Shown here: in pieces, positions 50,908-60,014 of the stretch
How positions within the stretch are numbered: the first letter of the stretch is position 1
Layout: every line of letters begins with the position of its first letter
IMG/VR virus record: IMGVR_UViG_3300033233_000011
Length of the DNA: 64,000 nt
From: an uncultured virus (IMG/VR IMGVR_UViG_3300033233_000011)
Lineage: Duplodnaviria > Heunggongvirae > Uroviricota > Caudoviricetes
Reading direction: 5' to 3' (one strand)
Notes under the pieces: generated by a model
Databases searched by the model: none
What the model was told of the DNA's origin: nothing
The model's input: only the letters and a program-made list of their open reading frames with translations
Program-made: the position numbers and the translations under genes

Positions 50908-52209
50908 CTACGCCGCGCGCCACGAGTAGCTCCAGCCGTGGTCCACCCACTCCGACCCGCCCGAGGCGGGGTCCACGTGCAGGCCCCAGTCCCGCCAGGC
51001 GAACCAGGGCGGGTTGTTCGGGACCGCCTGCGCGTGGCACGCCTCGCTCCCCGAGCAGTCCAGGACCCAGCCCGCGACCCACTTCCAGCGCTCGATGTAC
51101 CACGCCCGGACGGGCCAGCCCGCTTCGAGGCTCCCCGGGATGGTCCCCGGCACGTCGGGCAGCGCCGGGATCGAGGCGGCGAGGGACGAGACGCGCTTCG
51201 GCGAAACCCACCAGCCCAGGATCGCCCCGGCGAGGGCCCCGAGGACCGTGCTCGCCTGCGTGCCGATGACGGCGCCGATGGTCGCGCCGACGGCCGTCCC
51301 CGCGATGGTCGTGCCCGCCTTGCCGCCGGTCGCCGCGCTCGCCGCGCTCGGGACGCCCCCGACCGGCGGCGTCTTCGGGGGCGGCTTCATGGTCTGCGTG
51401 CCCGGGGGCACGAGCGCCATCGGGGGCACGGTGGGCGTGCTCGGGGTGCCTCCCTGAGCGAAGCCGGGGAGCGGGCCCTCGTGGGAGACGAGCGCGTTGC
51501 CTGGGGATGCGCCCGTGTAGACGTCGGCGAGGTCCACGTCGGCACCGTTCAGCTTCGCGGATCTTTTGACCCAGCGCCCGAGCTGCGAATAATCCGTGTG
51601 AGAATCTGGATGCGCCGTTCCGACGCCCTGCAAGACCCACTCGTTCGGGATCGAGACGCTGCGCTCCGCGCCGCGCGCGCGCTGCCCGACCGACGCAGAC
51701 ACGTGAAAACCGTAGTTCGCCGCCTTCTTCGCGGCCAGGGCATTCGGCGTGAAGATCGCGCGAGCGATGACCCAGTCCTTGCCAGATCCGGAGACGAGCT
51801 GGTCCGGCACGGCGCCCTGCGCCGCGAGCTTCGAGTCGATGCGCTGGCTCTGCTCGATCATCGACGCCGTCGACATCGGGATCCCGCCCGTCGCCGGGTT
51901 GTACGGCATCGTGAGCGGGAAGAGCCGGTTGGACGAGGCCGTCGCGCTCCAGATCGCGTCCGAGAGCTTCGGCGTGAGCAGGAGCAGGAAGAGCATGTCG
52001 GCGATCTTCTGCTGCGTCTTGGCGTTCACGTCCACGCGCACGTCGTCCACCTTCAGCGCGTCGCACGAGACTTCGAGTTCGAGCGTGTTCTCGCCGTCAG
52101 ACAGAGTGAGAGGGCACCACGCGAAGACCGCGCGGCCCGTGACGACCGCTTCGAGCGTCTTCTGGTCCCGGTCGTCGCCGGGGGACGAGGGCCAGTCATC
52201 CAGCGGCAT
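50908..52209 (-). CDS. 433-aa hypothetical protein with Pro linker and glycine-zipper TM
   Basis: Long GC3-biased ORF; GATIGAVIG...GALAGAILGWW. Confidence 0.7.
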   Translation of the reverse strand: MPLDDWPSSPGDDRDQKTLEAVVTGRAVFAWCPLTLSDGENTLELEVSCDALKVDDVRVDVNAKTQQKIADMLFLLLLTPKLSDAIWSATASSNRLFPLTMPYNPATGGIPMSTASMIEQSQRIDSKLAAQGAVPDQLVSGSGKDWVIARAIFTPNALAAKKAANYGFHVSASVGQRARGAERSVSIPNEWVLQGVGTAHPDSHTDYSQLGRWVKRSAKLNGADVDLADVYTGASPGNALVSHEGPLPGFAQGGTPSTPTVPPMALVPPGTQTMKPPPKTPPVGGVPSAASAATGGKAGTTIAGTAVGATIGAVIGTQASTVLGALAGAILGWWVSPKRVSSLAASIPALPDVPGTIPGSLEAGWPVRAWYIERWKWVAGWVLDCSGSEACHAQAVPNNPPWFAWRDWGLHVDPASGGSEWVDHGWSYSWRAA

Positions 52210-52705
52210 CTAGGGCCTCCGTGTACGAGAACTCCGGGTGCTCGACGCGGTGGCACGAGGAGCAGAGCCACTGGACGTCGAAGAAGTGCTCAGGTTCGTA
52301 GCCGAGATGATGGTGCCCCTGCGCCGGAGTCTTGCCGCACTTTTCGCACGGCTGCCGGATGATGTGCCCACCACGGACAGCCGTAGCAAATCGCATACGA
52401 GCCAAGAGCTTCAGCTTGTGTGCGTCGGAAGCATGGCGCTTGAGATCGGCACGCCGCTGTGTTGCTTTCCCTTTGTCGGACTGCGCGTAGCGCCGATCGT
52501 TCTCGCGGTACGCTGCCGTCTTCCGGTACGCGGCGTTGCAGGCCTTGCACTGCGTCTGTAGGCCGTCGGGCCCGCGATTCCAGTGCGCGAACGCCCCGCA
52601 CACCTTCGTGGTCTTGCACTTCGGGCAGAACTTCGTCGCGACCGCGTCGAGGATCCTCTGCGAGCGCTCGGCTCCGGGACCGGAGGGCCAACCGTCGAGG
52701 GCCAC
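52196..52705 (-). CDS. Zinc-finger HNH-type homing endonuclease
   Basis: CPKC...F.....DGLQ.QCKAC; PCEKCG...HHH..Y...VQWLCSSCH. Confidence 0.85.
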   Translation of the reverse strand: MALDGWPSGPGAERSQRILDAVATKFCPKCKTTKVCGAFAHWNRGPDGLQTQCKACNAAYRKTAAYRENDRRYAQSDKGKATQRRADLKRHASDAHKLKLLARMRFATAVRGGHIIRQPCEKCGKTPAQGHHHLGYEPEHFFDVQWLCSSCHRVEHPEFSYTEALDAAG

Positions 52706-52708
52706 GGG

Positions 52709-53278
52709 CTAGGACCCGGAGGGTTCGCCGTCGGGGTCGGGAGTACCGTGAATGCCCGTGAAGACGGCGGTGCGCGTCGAAGTGACGGGGGCCGAACGGC
52801 CGTGTGGTGCGGGCGGAGGTGGCACGGGCTTCGGAGGCGTACCGTGGGGGCGGCAGACGTCCGTTCCTGTTCGAGTTGCGTATCCAAACGACGTTGTGTA
52901 GTCGAAAGCCACCCTTGCACATTTACCTGCAGGCAAGATCAACGGAGACGCTCCCTGCCCGCGCGAAACGGAGCCGCCCGAAGCTAGCGCAGAAATGACT
53001 TTCTGATACTCGCCGTAGCCGTGTTCGATGTCGCCGACGGGTGAATTGTCGTAGGCGACAAGAACCGTTACGCCCTTGGAGTACACCGCGCCGTTCACAG
53101 CGTCCGTTGCTCCTCCTGTGAAGTCCACATAAACAGACCACGTTCCGGACCCGCTCGGCCCTGAGCTTCCGCCCTTCGGTGGGTTGTACGGCACCGCCGC
53201 ACGCATGCCGAGCATCCCGCCCCTCGGCACCAAGATCGGCCCGAGCGCCTTGTCCTCGTCGTAGGTCCGTCGCATCAT
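52709..53278 (-). CDS. Hypothetical protein
   Basis: GAGG RBS; Pro-rich C-terminus. Confidence 0.55.
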   Translation of the reverse strand: MMRRTYDEDKALGPILVPRGGMLGMRAAVPYNPPKGGSSGPSGSGTWSVYVDFTGGATDAVNGAVYSKGVTVLVAYDNSPVGDIEHGYGEYQKVISALASGGSVSRGQGASPLILPAGKCARVAFDYTTSFGYATRTGTDVCRPHGTPPKPVPPPPAPHGRSAPVTSTRTAVFTGIHGTPDPDGEPSGS

Positions 53279-53282
53279 GCCC

Positions 53283-53693
53283 TCACAGTCCGAGTCGGTT
53301 CCGCACCCACGTCACGGTCGCGTCCGAGACCTGGCCGCGAAACAAAACGATCCGCCGGTCCACGAGCAGCTCCAGGAACCGCGGCCCGCCCGGCGTGATG
53401 CTCCGCAGGTACTGCTCGACGACGAGCGCCCGGCCGTAGACGATCTCCCCAGAGCCGACCTCCCGGCCGTCCACGCGGATCGTGACCCACGCGAGCGGCA
53501 GCTCGGGCTCGACCGCGACCGGGTAGTAGCCGTCGTAGAGCCACGGGTAGCCGCCGCCCCAGAACCCGCCGCGAAAACCGCCGCCGTGGTGCCCGTGATG
53601 CCCGTGATGCCCGCCGCCCCCGCCCCAGTGGCCGAAGTGCGGCGGCGCGTCCACGCCCGTGCGGGTCCCGTAGCCGTCGTAGAGGTCGAACAT
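53283..53693 (-). CDS. Gly/His-rich protein with MFDLYDGY tag
   Basis: MFDLYDGY...GGHHGHHGHHGGGF; internal LYDGYY. Confidence 0.7.
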   Translation of the reverse strand: MFDLYDGYGTRTGVDAPPHFGHWGGGGGHHGHHGHHGGGFRGGFWGGGYPWLYDGYYPVAVEPELPLAWVTIRVDGREVGSGEIVYGRALVVEQYLRSITPGGPRFLELLVDRRIVLFRGQVSDATVTWVRNRLGL

Positions 53694-53702
53694 CCCGGGG
53701 GC

Positions 53703-54296
53703 TCAGGCCGCCGCGGCCTTCGGCGCCATGGCGCTGCCGACGATCGCACCGACGACCGCGCCCGCGCCCGCGCCGATCGGGCCGCCCGCGAAGAAGCCCA
53801 CGCCGCCGCCGACCAGCAGGCCCGCGATGAGGGGCATGTTGCTCTTCTCCTTCTTGGCGCCGGCCGCGACCGGAGGAGCGGGCGGTCCCTGGATGATCGC
53901 GAAGTCCATCCCCGGGGCGGCGAACTGCTTGGCCGACGCGAGCGAACTCGTGACCCAGACGTCCACGTAGCCCATCGTCATCGTCGCGAGGTTCGCGACG
54001 ACGAAGCTGCCGGGCGGCGCCGCCCTCAGCGTGTCCAGGGCGTTCGGGCCGTCGCACGACCCGCCCACCTTCTTCACCTCCGCGCATGTCATCGCGCTGT
54101 AGCCCATCGCGTCCGGTCCCGGGGCCTTCACCTGCGGGGAGAAGTAGAGCTGCGACAGGAAGCCCTGGGCCGACACGACGGCGCCGGGGACGGCCCACTG
54201 CACGCCGTCGCGGACTTCGGTCGAGCCCGCCGGAGCCGCGCCGAGGTCTCCCGATCCGCCGTCGTTCCGCGAGTACCCGTCGTAGAGGTCGAACAT
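53703..54296 (-). CDS. Glycine-zipper membrane protein with MFDLYDGY tag
   Basis: N-terminal tag; C-terminal GGPIGAGAGAVVGAIVG. Confidence 0.7.
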   Translation of the reverse strand: MFDLYDGYSRNDGGSGDLGAAPAGSTEVRDGVQWAVPGAVVSAQGFLSQLYFSPQVKAPGPDAMGYSAMTCAEVKKVGGSCDGPNALDTLRAAPPGSFVVANLATMTMGYVDVWVTSSLASAKQFAAPGMDFAIIQGPPAPPVAAGAKKEKSNMPLIAGLLVGGGVGFFAGGPIGAGAGAVVGAIVGSAMAPKAAAA

Positions 54297-54308
54297 TTCT
54301 GGTTCCCT

Positions 54309-54794
54309 TCAGGCCACGTGGGCTTCGAGAGTCTTCGTCACCGGCGTCGCTTCGTCCGGCTCCGGCAGGATCGTGATCTTCTTGTCGGCTTCCGCCGCGA
54401 GCGACATCGCGCGGTGGTCGGCCTGCAGGGCCTGCTCGCGCGCGAGCGCGATCGTTTCCCCGATGGCGAAGTAGGTGCGGACCCCTCGCGCCGCGACGAT
54501 GACGAGCGCGACGAGCAGCACGACGCCGAGCGCACCCCACGCGAAGGGCGAGACCCAGGTCCCGAGCGCGCCGCCGACGAGCACCGCCGCGAGCGACCCG
54601 CCGACGGCCAGGGCGTTCGTCTTGGCGATCCTGAGCGTCGTCGCCGCCTCCACCTTCGCGTCCTCGGCGTGCCGGCGGGCGTCGTTGGCCTCCTTCGCGG
54701 CGAAGAGAGACGGCCACACGTCGCCGACGGGCTGGTCCTCGCCCTGCCACGGAGCGGCGGCGTCCTCGGGCATCTTCTTGAAGGCGGTGAACAT
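54309..54794 (-). CDS. Two-TM membrane protein
   Basis: Two hydrophobic helices. Confidence 0.6.
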   Translation of the reverse strand: MFTAFKKMPEDAAAPWQGEDQPVGDVWPSLFAAKEANDARRHAEDAKVEAATTLRIAKTNALAVGGSLAAVLVGGALGTWVSPFAWGALGVVLLVALVIVAARGVRTYFAIGETIALAREQALQADHRAMSLAAEADKKITILPEPDEATPVTKTLEAHVA

Positions 54795-54856
54795 GAGAGG
54801 GAAGGTACACCGGGCCGGGAAATCGCACAAGCGGGAGAGTCAAGGGATATTCCGGC

Positions 54857-56137
54857 TCAGACGACCTCGATCTCCGGGAAGGGGAAGATCAGCCGCCCCC
54901 CACGTTCGAGCAACTCCCGCTCCCGCTCGACGATGCCGGCCTTGAAGTGCCACGGCAGGACCAGGAAGAAGTCCGGGCGCATCGCGCGGGCCTCCTCTTC
55001 CGAGACGATCGGGATGTGCGTCCCGGGCGTCACGCACCCGTACTTGTCGGGGTTCACGTCCGCGACGGCGAGGATCTCGCCGGGGCCGAGCCCCGCGAAC
55101 TGCAGGAGTACGTTGCCCTTCGTCGAGGCGCCGAGACCGAGGACCTTCTTGCCGTCCGCGACCAGTAGCCGGATCAGCCGGCGCAGGTCGTCGCGGTGCC
55201 GGAACACGCGCTCCTCGAAGTCGCGGAACGGCCGCGGCGTGTCGAGGCCCATGCGGCGCTCTTGCTCCAGGAGCCAGGCGACCATCACGTTGTGCGGGCG
55301 CAGCGTCCCGGACTTCGCCGCCGTGACGGCGAAGCTGCCGCCGTTGACCGAGTTCATCTGCACGTCGAGGATCTGGAGCCCGGCCTCCTCGACGATCCTC
55401 TTCAACGCCGTGAGCGAGTAGTACTCCAGGTGCTCGTGCACGACCGTGTCGTACGAGTTCATGCGCAGCATCGACGGCATGTAGCTCTGCTCCAGGTGCC
55501 AGACGCCGTCCGGGTCCAGCACCTCGTGCACCTGCCGCGCGAAGTCGACCGGATCTTCGAGGTCGTAGAACATCGCGACGGAGGTGACGATCTTCGCCTT
55601 CTTCGCGCTCACGCGCCCGTAGGCCTCCAGCGAGAAGAAGTCCGGCACGAGCACGATCTCGGGCGGGTAGAACTCCCGGAACTTCTCGCCTGTCGGGTCG
55701 ATGCCGACGCGCTCGACGCCCGCCCGGTACGCCTTGAGCAACGTCGCGTCGTTCGACCCGATGTCGAGCACCACGTCGCCGCGCTGAAGCCACACGAGAG
55801 CTTCCAGACGCCGGACCTTCTGCTCCAGGTGCCGGACCATCGAGGCGTTCAAGCCCGACCGGTAGCCGTAGTTCCGGCCGTACAGCTCCGCGAGGTCGTA
55901 CGAGTGCGCGAGCTGCAGGAGACCCGACTCCGGACACCAGACCAGCTCCAGCGGACCGGACGTGACGGGATCGTCCTTCGAGCGCGGAAAGACGCCTGTC
56001 AGGGCCTGCTCCCCGAGGTGAAGGACGCTGACGAGGTGGTCACCACCGCCGGCGCGGCAGCGAGTGATCCGCTTTGGTTCCACGGGCTTGGAGAGTACCT
56101 GGAATGCACCGAGATCTGGTAGCGTTCTAGGGAACAT
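54857..56137 (-). CDS. NDP-hexose C-methyltransferase-like SAM-dependent enzyme
   Basis: LHLGEQALTGVF, YGYRSG, VLDIGSNDA, HEHLEYYS, GASTKGNVLLQ, PGTHIPI, LPWHF; true start may be slightly downstream. Confidence 0.9.
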   Translation of the reverse strand: MFPRTLPDLGAFQVLSKPVEPKRITRCRAGGGDHLVSVLHLGEQALTGVFPRSKDDPVTSGPLELVWCPESGLLQLAHSYDLAELYGRNYGYRSGLNASMVRHLEQKVRRLEALVWLQRGDVVLDIGSNDATLLKAYRAGVERVGIDPTGEKFREFYPPEIVLVPDFFSLEAYGRVSAKKAKIVTSVAMFYDLEDPVDFARQVHEVLDPDGVWHLEQSYMPSMLRMNSYDTVVHEHLEYYSLTALKRIVEEAGLQILDVQMNSVNGGSFAVTAAKSGTLRPHNVMVAWLLEQERRMGLDTPRPFRDFEERVFRHRDDLRRLIRLLVADGKKVLGLGASTKGNVLLQFAGLGPGEILAVADVNPDKYGCVTPGTHIPIVSEEEARAMRPDFFLVLPWHFKAGIVERERELLERGGRLIFPFPEIEVV

Positions 56138-56639
56138 GACGAGGTTTCTCTTCTTGGCTGCGCTGGTGAGCGGGTGCTCGTCGGGGGCGTTCGAGACGAA
56201 CGACGGAACGGACGGGGCGGGCGATCAGGAAGCCGCCGCGCCCGACACCACGATCGACGCGGTTTTCGAAGTCCTCAGCGAAGCCACCACTGACGCCGAC
56301 ACGGAAGCGGCTCCCGTCGAGACGGAGGCGGGCGACGGCGGCGCGTGCGTCTCCGGCTCCACGCGCCCGTGCAACTGCTCGCTCGGCATCGAGGGGCAGG
56401 AGAGCTGCATCGACTTCGAGTGGGGCGTCTGCTCGATCCCGGAGAACGGCGTGTGCTGCAGTCAGCCCGGCGAGTGGGTCGGTTGCTGGAGCACGGGCTG
56501 TAGCGTGTGCTCGGATCTCATAGCTGGCTACCCGTCCTACTGGGCTCACCACCCGGACTGCCTGCCGATCGAGTGCGCGCCGACACAGCGCGGCGGCTGC
56601 TCCTCGGCCTGCCCGCCTCCGACGGAGACCGACCGCTAG
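56136..56639 (+). CDS. Cys-rich lipoprotein of myxobacterial type
   Basis: Lipobox LVSGC, acidic linker, many Cys. Confidence 0.65.
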   Translation: MTRFLFLAALVSGCSSGAFETNDGTDGAGDQEAAAPDTTIDAVFEVLSEATTDADTEAAPVETEAGDGGACVSGSTRPCNCSLGIEGQESCIDFEWGVCSIPENGVCCSQPGEWVGCWSTGCSVCSDLIAGYPSYWAHHPDCLPIECAPTQRGGCSSACPPPTETDR

Positions 56640-57478
56640 CCGAGAGCGGCCGCCAGATCCGGCGTGAGCAGATCGGGGCGTCCCTCGACCTCGCGCCGCA
56701 CGTGCGCGCGGCTCTCGGGCAGGTCGATCAACCGGATCATCTCGGCGACCAGGAACTCGTCCTGCATCTTCTCGTGCACCGGCAGCCCGAGGTGCGTCGG
56801 CTCCCTCTTCGTCCCGAGGCAGTCCCCGACGACGGTCGGCTGCGTGTCGTCAGGGCCCATCTTGTAGAGCGCGTGCTCGTGGACGAGGTAGCTCGTGTAG
56901 CCGGCCTCGGTGAACTGCTGGCGCAGCCCACGGAGGGTGCCGCCGAGCAGGGTGAGCGTGTGCGTGTTGGTCTCATAGAGCACGTCCACGCCGAGACCGA
57001 GGATCCGTTGCATTCCCCGGACGGCCTCAGGCTCAGCGCCCTCGACGTCGATCTTCACGCACCGGACCCGGTCGAGTAGGTCGCCCACGAGGGCATCGAC
57101 GGGAACGGCCTGCACCTCGACGCCCTCCGGAGCGACCATCCCCCACGCGCGGTTCTGGGCGAAGCGGAGCGTCGTCCTCTCGGACCACGCGGCGCAGTGG
57201 TTGACCCAGATGTCGAGCGACGGGTTCAACCGGACGGTCTCCCGCAGCAAGCGCACGTTGTTCTCACCCGCCTCGACCGCGATGACTTTCGCCCCACGAG
57301 CCGCAGCCTGGATCGTGAACGATCCTTGATGGGCGCCGACGTCGAGCACGACGTCACCGGTCCGGACCTGTTGCAACAAGAGGTCCCACAACCAGAAGCT
57401 CGCGTCCGTGTGCACGCGCAGGTCCATGTCAGTCGGATCGGTCGCGACCTCGAACTCCCTGGTGACGCGGATCTTCAT
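56636..57478 (-). CDS. FkbM-family methyltransferase
   Basis: VLDVGAHQG, VIAVEA, KIDVEGAE. Confidence 0.9.
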   Translation of the reverse strand: MKIRVTREFEVATDPTDMDLRVHTDASFWLWDLLLQQVRTGDVVLDVGAHQGSFTIQAAARGAKVIAVEAGENNVRLLRETVRLNPSLDIWVNHCAAWSERTTLRFAQNRAWGMVAPEGVEVQAVPVDALVGDLLDRVRCVKIDVEGAEPEAVRGMQRILGLGVDVLYETNTHTLTLLGGTLRGLRQQFTEAGYTSYLVHEHALYKMGPDDTQPTVVGDCLGTKREPTHLGLPVHEKMQDEFLVAEMIRLIDLPESRAHVRREVEGRPDLLTPDLAAALG

Positions 57479-57996
57479 TCGGACCCCTCGGGCTCCTTGA
57501 ACCATTTCTCGTTGCCGTCCAGGATCTCCTCGTGCTGCACCCGCGGCAACCCAAGCATGTCGAGTAGGCGCCCGACCGCCTCCGGCCGTCTCACCATAGA
57601 CTCGTAGATCGCGATCACGTACGGGATCCCGTGGCGCAACAAAGCCGCAAAGATAAACGGATAGGCCGCGCGCGTCTGGCGCAGCGCCGTCGCCTCGTCC
57701 GACACGTGCCCGATCGCGACCTGCGATGGTACAGCCGCGGTCCAATCTCGGACCGTCACGACGGCGCCCACATCGTAGCTCTGAGCACGCAGGAAATCGA
57801 TCATCGCACCAATGTCCGGCCAGACCTTGTCGTGAGGGATCGACCGGCGCCACACGACGAGAGGCCCGACCGGCGTCTCGGAATCCCACCGCTGGACGTG
57901 ATCGCCGTCACCGGCGCACCCAGACGAGATGAGCAGGCGCGTCACGAGGCGCGTGCCGGTAGATTCCGCACCCAGGACCAAAAACGCGCGTTTCAT
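57475..57996 (-). CDS. Sulfotransferase-like P-loop protein
   Basis: LVLGAESTGTRLV, VVTVRD...S, IYESMV..P. Confidence 0.55.
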   Translation of the reverse strand: MKRAFLVLGAESTGTRLVTRLLISSGCAGDGDHVQRWDSETPVGPLVVWRRSIPHDKVWPDIGAMIDFLRAQSYDVGAVVTVRDWTAAVPSQVAIGHVSDEATALRQTRAAYPFIFAALLRHGIPYVIAIYESMVRRPEAVGRLLDMLGLPRVQHEEILDGNEKWFKEPEGSE

Positions 57997-58010
57997 CGGT
58001 TCTCCGGCGT

Positions 58011-58044
58011 GGAAGCCTCAGCCTTCAGGCCGGGGTAGGTTTAC
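58011..58044 (+). mobile_element. Orphan IS200/IS605 right-end-like hairpin
   Basis: GGAAGCCTCAGCCTTCAGGCCGGGGTAGGTTTAC resembles the common GAAGCCCC..CCTTCAGG..GGGG.AG.T(C/T)AC right end. Confidence 0.6.
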
Positions 58045-60014
58045 GTCTCTCGGATCTCCTCGGTGTGTACTTTTCTCGGGTGGTAGATGCCGGTCGTCGG
58101 GTCGGCCCAGACAGAGTACCCGGCACCCCGCATGTTCTTGCAGAACCCGACAACGTCCTCGTCGAGCGTGTACCGGACCCCGGCGTAGATCGGCGCCGCG
58201 CGACAGAAGAGCACGCTGCCGACTGACTCCAGCCTCTCGGGTCCCGGGCCGAGCGCGGTGAGCAGCGCCTCTCTCCTCGGGCTGTTGTCGAACCGAGGAT
58301 CCCGCCGCTTCGCGTCCGCGCGGAACGCCCAGGTGTCGTAGAACACGTCGTCACCGGCGGGGTCGGTCCACCAGATCATCGGGGCCACGACCCCGGGGCG
58401 CGCGGCGGCGATCTCCCTCGACCCGAGCACGTCCCGGAGCCTCCTTGGCAGGTCCGGCGGGCACAGGAGGTCGCTCGTCAGGAAGAGCACGTACTCGACG
58501 TCGAGGTGATCCGCGACGAAGTCGAAGCCGACGTTCGAGACCGTGGCGAGGGTCAAGAGGCGCAGCGGGTTGAGCGTCGACCCGAAGAGCGGGTTGCCGA
58601 GGCTGTGGTGGATCACGTGCACGTGCCGATCGTCGCACTGCTCCCAGAGGTCGAGCAGGTCCGGCGTCCAGTCCGTGCTGTCCCCCTCGACGCAGACGAC
58701 CTCGGGCGTCGAGGGCCAGTCGAGCGCCTCGACTTGCGCCCGGTAGCGCACGACCTCCTCCGGGCACTGCCGGAAGAGCGAGACGATCGCGAGCGAGTCC
58801 TTCTTCGTCCCGCGCGACGGGGCACGAAGGAGCCTCGCCGGCTCGGATTCGAGGAGCTGCTTCATGAGCGCCCCCACGTCGGCGGCCGTGTAGCCGGCCC
58901 AGGTCCGGCGGTGCTCCTTCGGCAGGGGGTTCTCGTGCGCGTGACGCATCGCCGCCGAGGCCGCCGCGCGGTCGTAGTCGCTCCAGCGCGCGTCAGGCTC
59001 CCAACCGAAGCTGGGAGCGCACAGCGGCGTGCTGGTCGTCGGGACGAGCAGGTCGCCCTCGGAGGCGAACTCTTCGGGGCCGCCGCTCGCCGTGTAGACG
59101 AGTTGGTTGCCGGAGAGCAGCGCGTCCATCGCGGGCATGTCCCAGCCCTCGGCGTGCGAGAGCGACAGGTACACGTCGCCGCGGCGGTGAAGGGCGAGCA
59201 TGCTCACCTCGGACCACATCTCGTTCACCACCTGCACCGACCGGCCGACGAGTTCCGTCGTCCAGCCGTTCGCGAGGACCTGCTCGTCGGTCTCGACGCC
59301 CTCGAAGACATCGACGCCGATCATCGTCGTCTTGATCGTGAGGACCGCTTCACCGGGCCGAAACGCGCCGAGGAACGAGAGGACCATCTTCGGCTGGTCC
59401 TTGCGTCGGTCGACCGTGCCGACGTGGTAAAAGTGCGTCGGCCCCGGCGACCGAGCGCGCCCGACGAGTCCCAGGTGCGGGTCGTTCGGGAAGAACGGAA
59501 CGCGGACCTTGCGGAGGCGTTGCGCCTCGACGCCGGACTTCCGGAACGCCTCGATGTTCGCGTCGCACGGGAGCCAGATCTGCCTGCACCTGTTCGCGGC
59601 CGCGACGCTCAGCGGGCCGATCCGGTCCCGCTCGATCATGGTGGTGATCACCGCGTCGGGGGAGCGCTGAAGGATCGCCTCGATCTTCTTCGCCTGCTCC
59701 GCGTCCCCGGCCGTCGAGAAGCCGCCGACGAACGCGCGCGGCCTGACCCGCTGCCCCGCGAGGTCCGCGACCTCGGCGAGCGCCTGCGGGTGGGCCCCGC
59801 CGTAGAACGGGTCGAGCGAGAGCTGGACCGGGACGCCCGTGTCCGCGAGCGCCCGCGCCATCCGGCGCCACACGGCGCAGATCCCGACACCCCACATGGC
59901 CCACGGAGCGTGGAGCAGGACTCCCTCTGGGAGAGCGACGGCCCTCTGCGCCTCGGCCTCGATCCGTCGCTGGAGCTTCCTCAACCTCGCGGCCCGTGAC
60001 TGATACGATGCCAT
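58041..60014 (-). CDS. Bifunctional glycosyltransferase (GT4-like plus GT2-like)
   Basis: RKDQ, YLSLSHAEGWDMPAMDA; VEGDSTD.T, FYDTWAFR, ESVGS. Confidence 0.85.
   Translation of the reverse strand: MASYQSRAARLRKLQRRIEAEAQRAVALPEGVLLHAPWAMWGVGICAVWRRMARALADTGVPVQLSLDPFYGGAHPQALAEVADLAGQRVRPRAFVGGFSTAGDAEQAKKIEAILQRSPDAVITTMIERDRIGPLSVAAANRCRQIWLPCDANIEAFRKSGVEAQRLRKVRVPFFPNDPHLGLVGRARSPGPTHFYHVGTVDRRKDQPKMVLSFLGAFRPGEAVLTIKTTMIGVDVFEGVETDEQVLANGWTTELVGRSVQVVNEMWSEVSMLALHRRGDVYLSLSHAEGWDMPAMDALLSGNQLVYTASGGPEEFASEGDLLVPTTSTPLCAPSFGWEPDARWSDYDRAAASAAMRHAHENPLPKEHRRTWAGYTAADVGALMKQLLESEPARLLRAPSRGTKKDSLAIVSLFRQCPEEVVRYRAQVEALDWPSTPEVVCVEGDSTDWTPDLLDLWEQCDDRHVHVIHHSLGNPLFGSTLNPLRLLTLATVSNVGFDFVADHLDVEYVLFLTSDLLCPPDLPRRLRDVLGSREIAAARPGVVAPMIWWTDPAGDDVFYDTWAFRADAKRRDPRFDNSPRREALLTALGPGPERLESVGSVLFCRAAPIYAGVRYTLDEDVVGFCKNMRGAGYSVWADPTTGIYHPRKVHTEEIRET

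Noticed and set aside
53277..55421. Long plus-strand ORFs (714 aa here; also 37785-39305, 50938-52362, 58506-59999)
   Set aside because: Antisense shadows of real minus-strand genes, expected in high-GC DNA; Arg/Pro-rich with no motifs
56135..56138. Divergent genes sharing overlapping start codons (CATG)
   Set aside because: The methyltransferase more plausibly starts at a downstream GTG (VEPKRITRC); the overlap probably comes from longest-ORF calling
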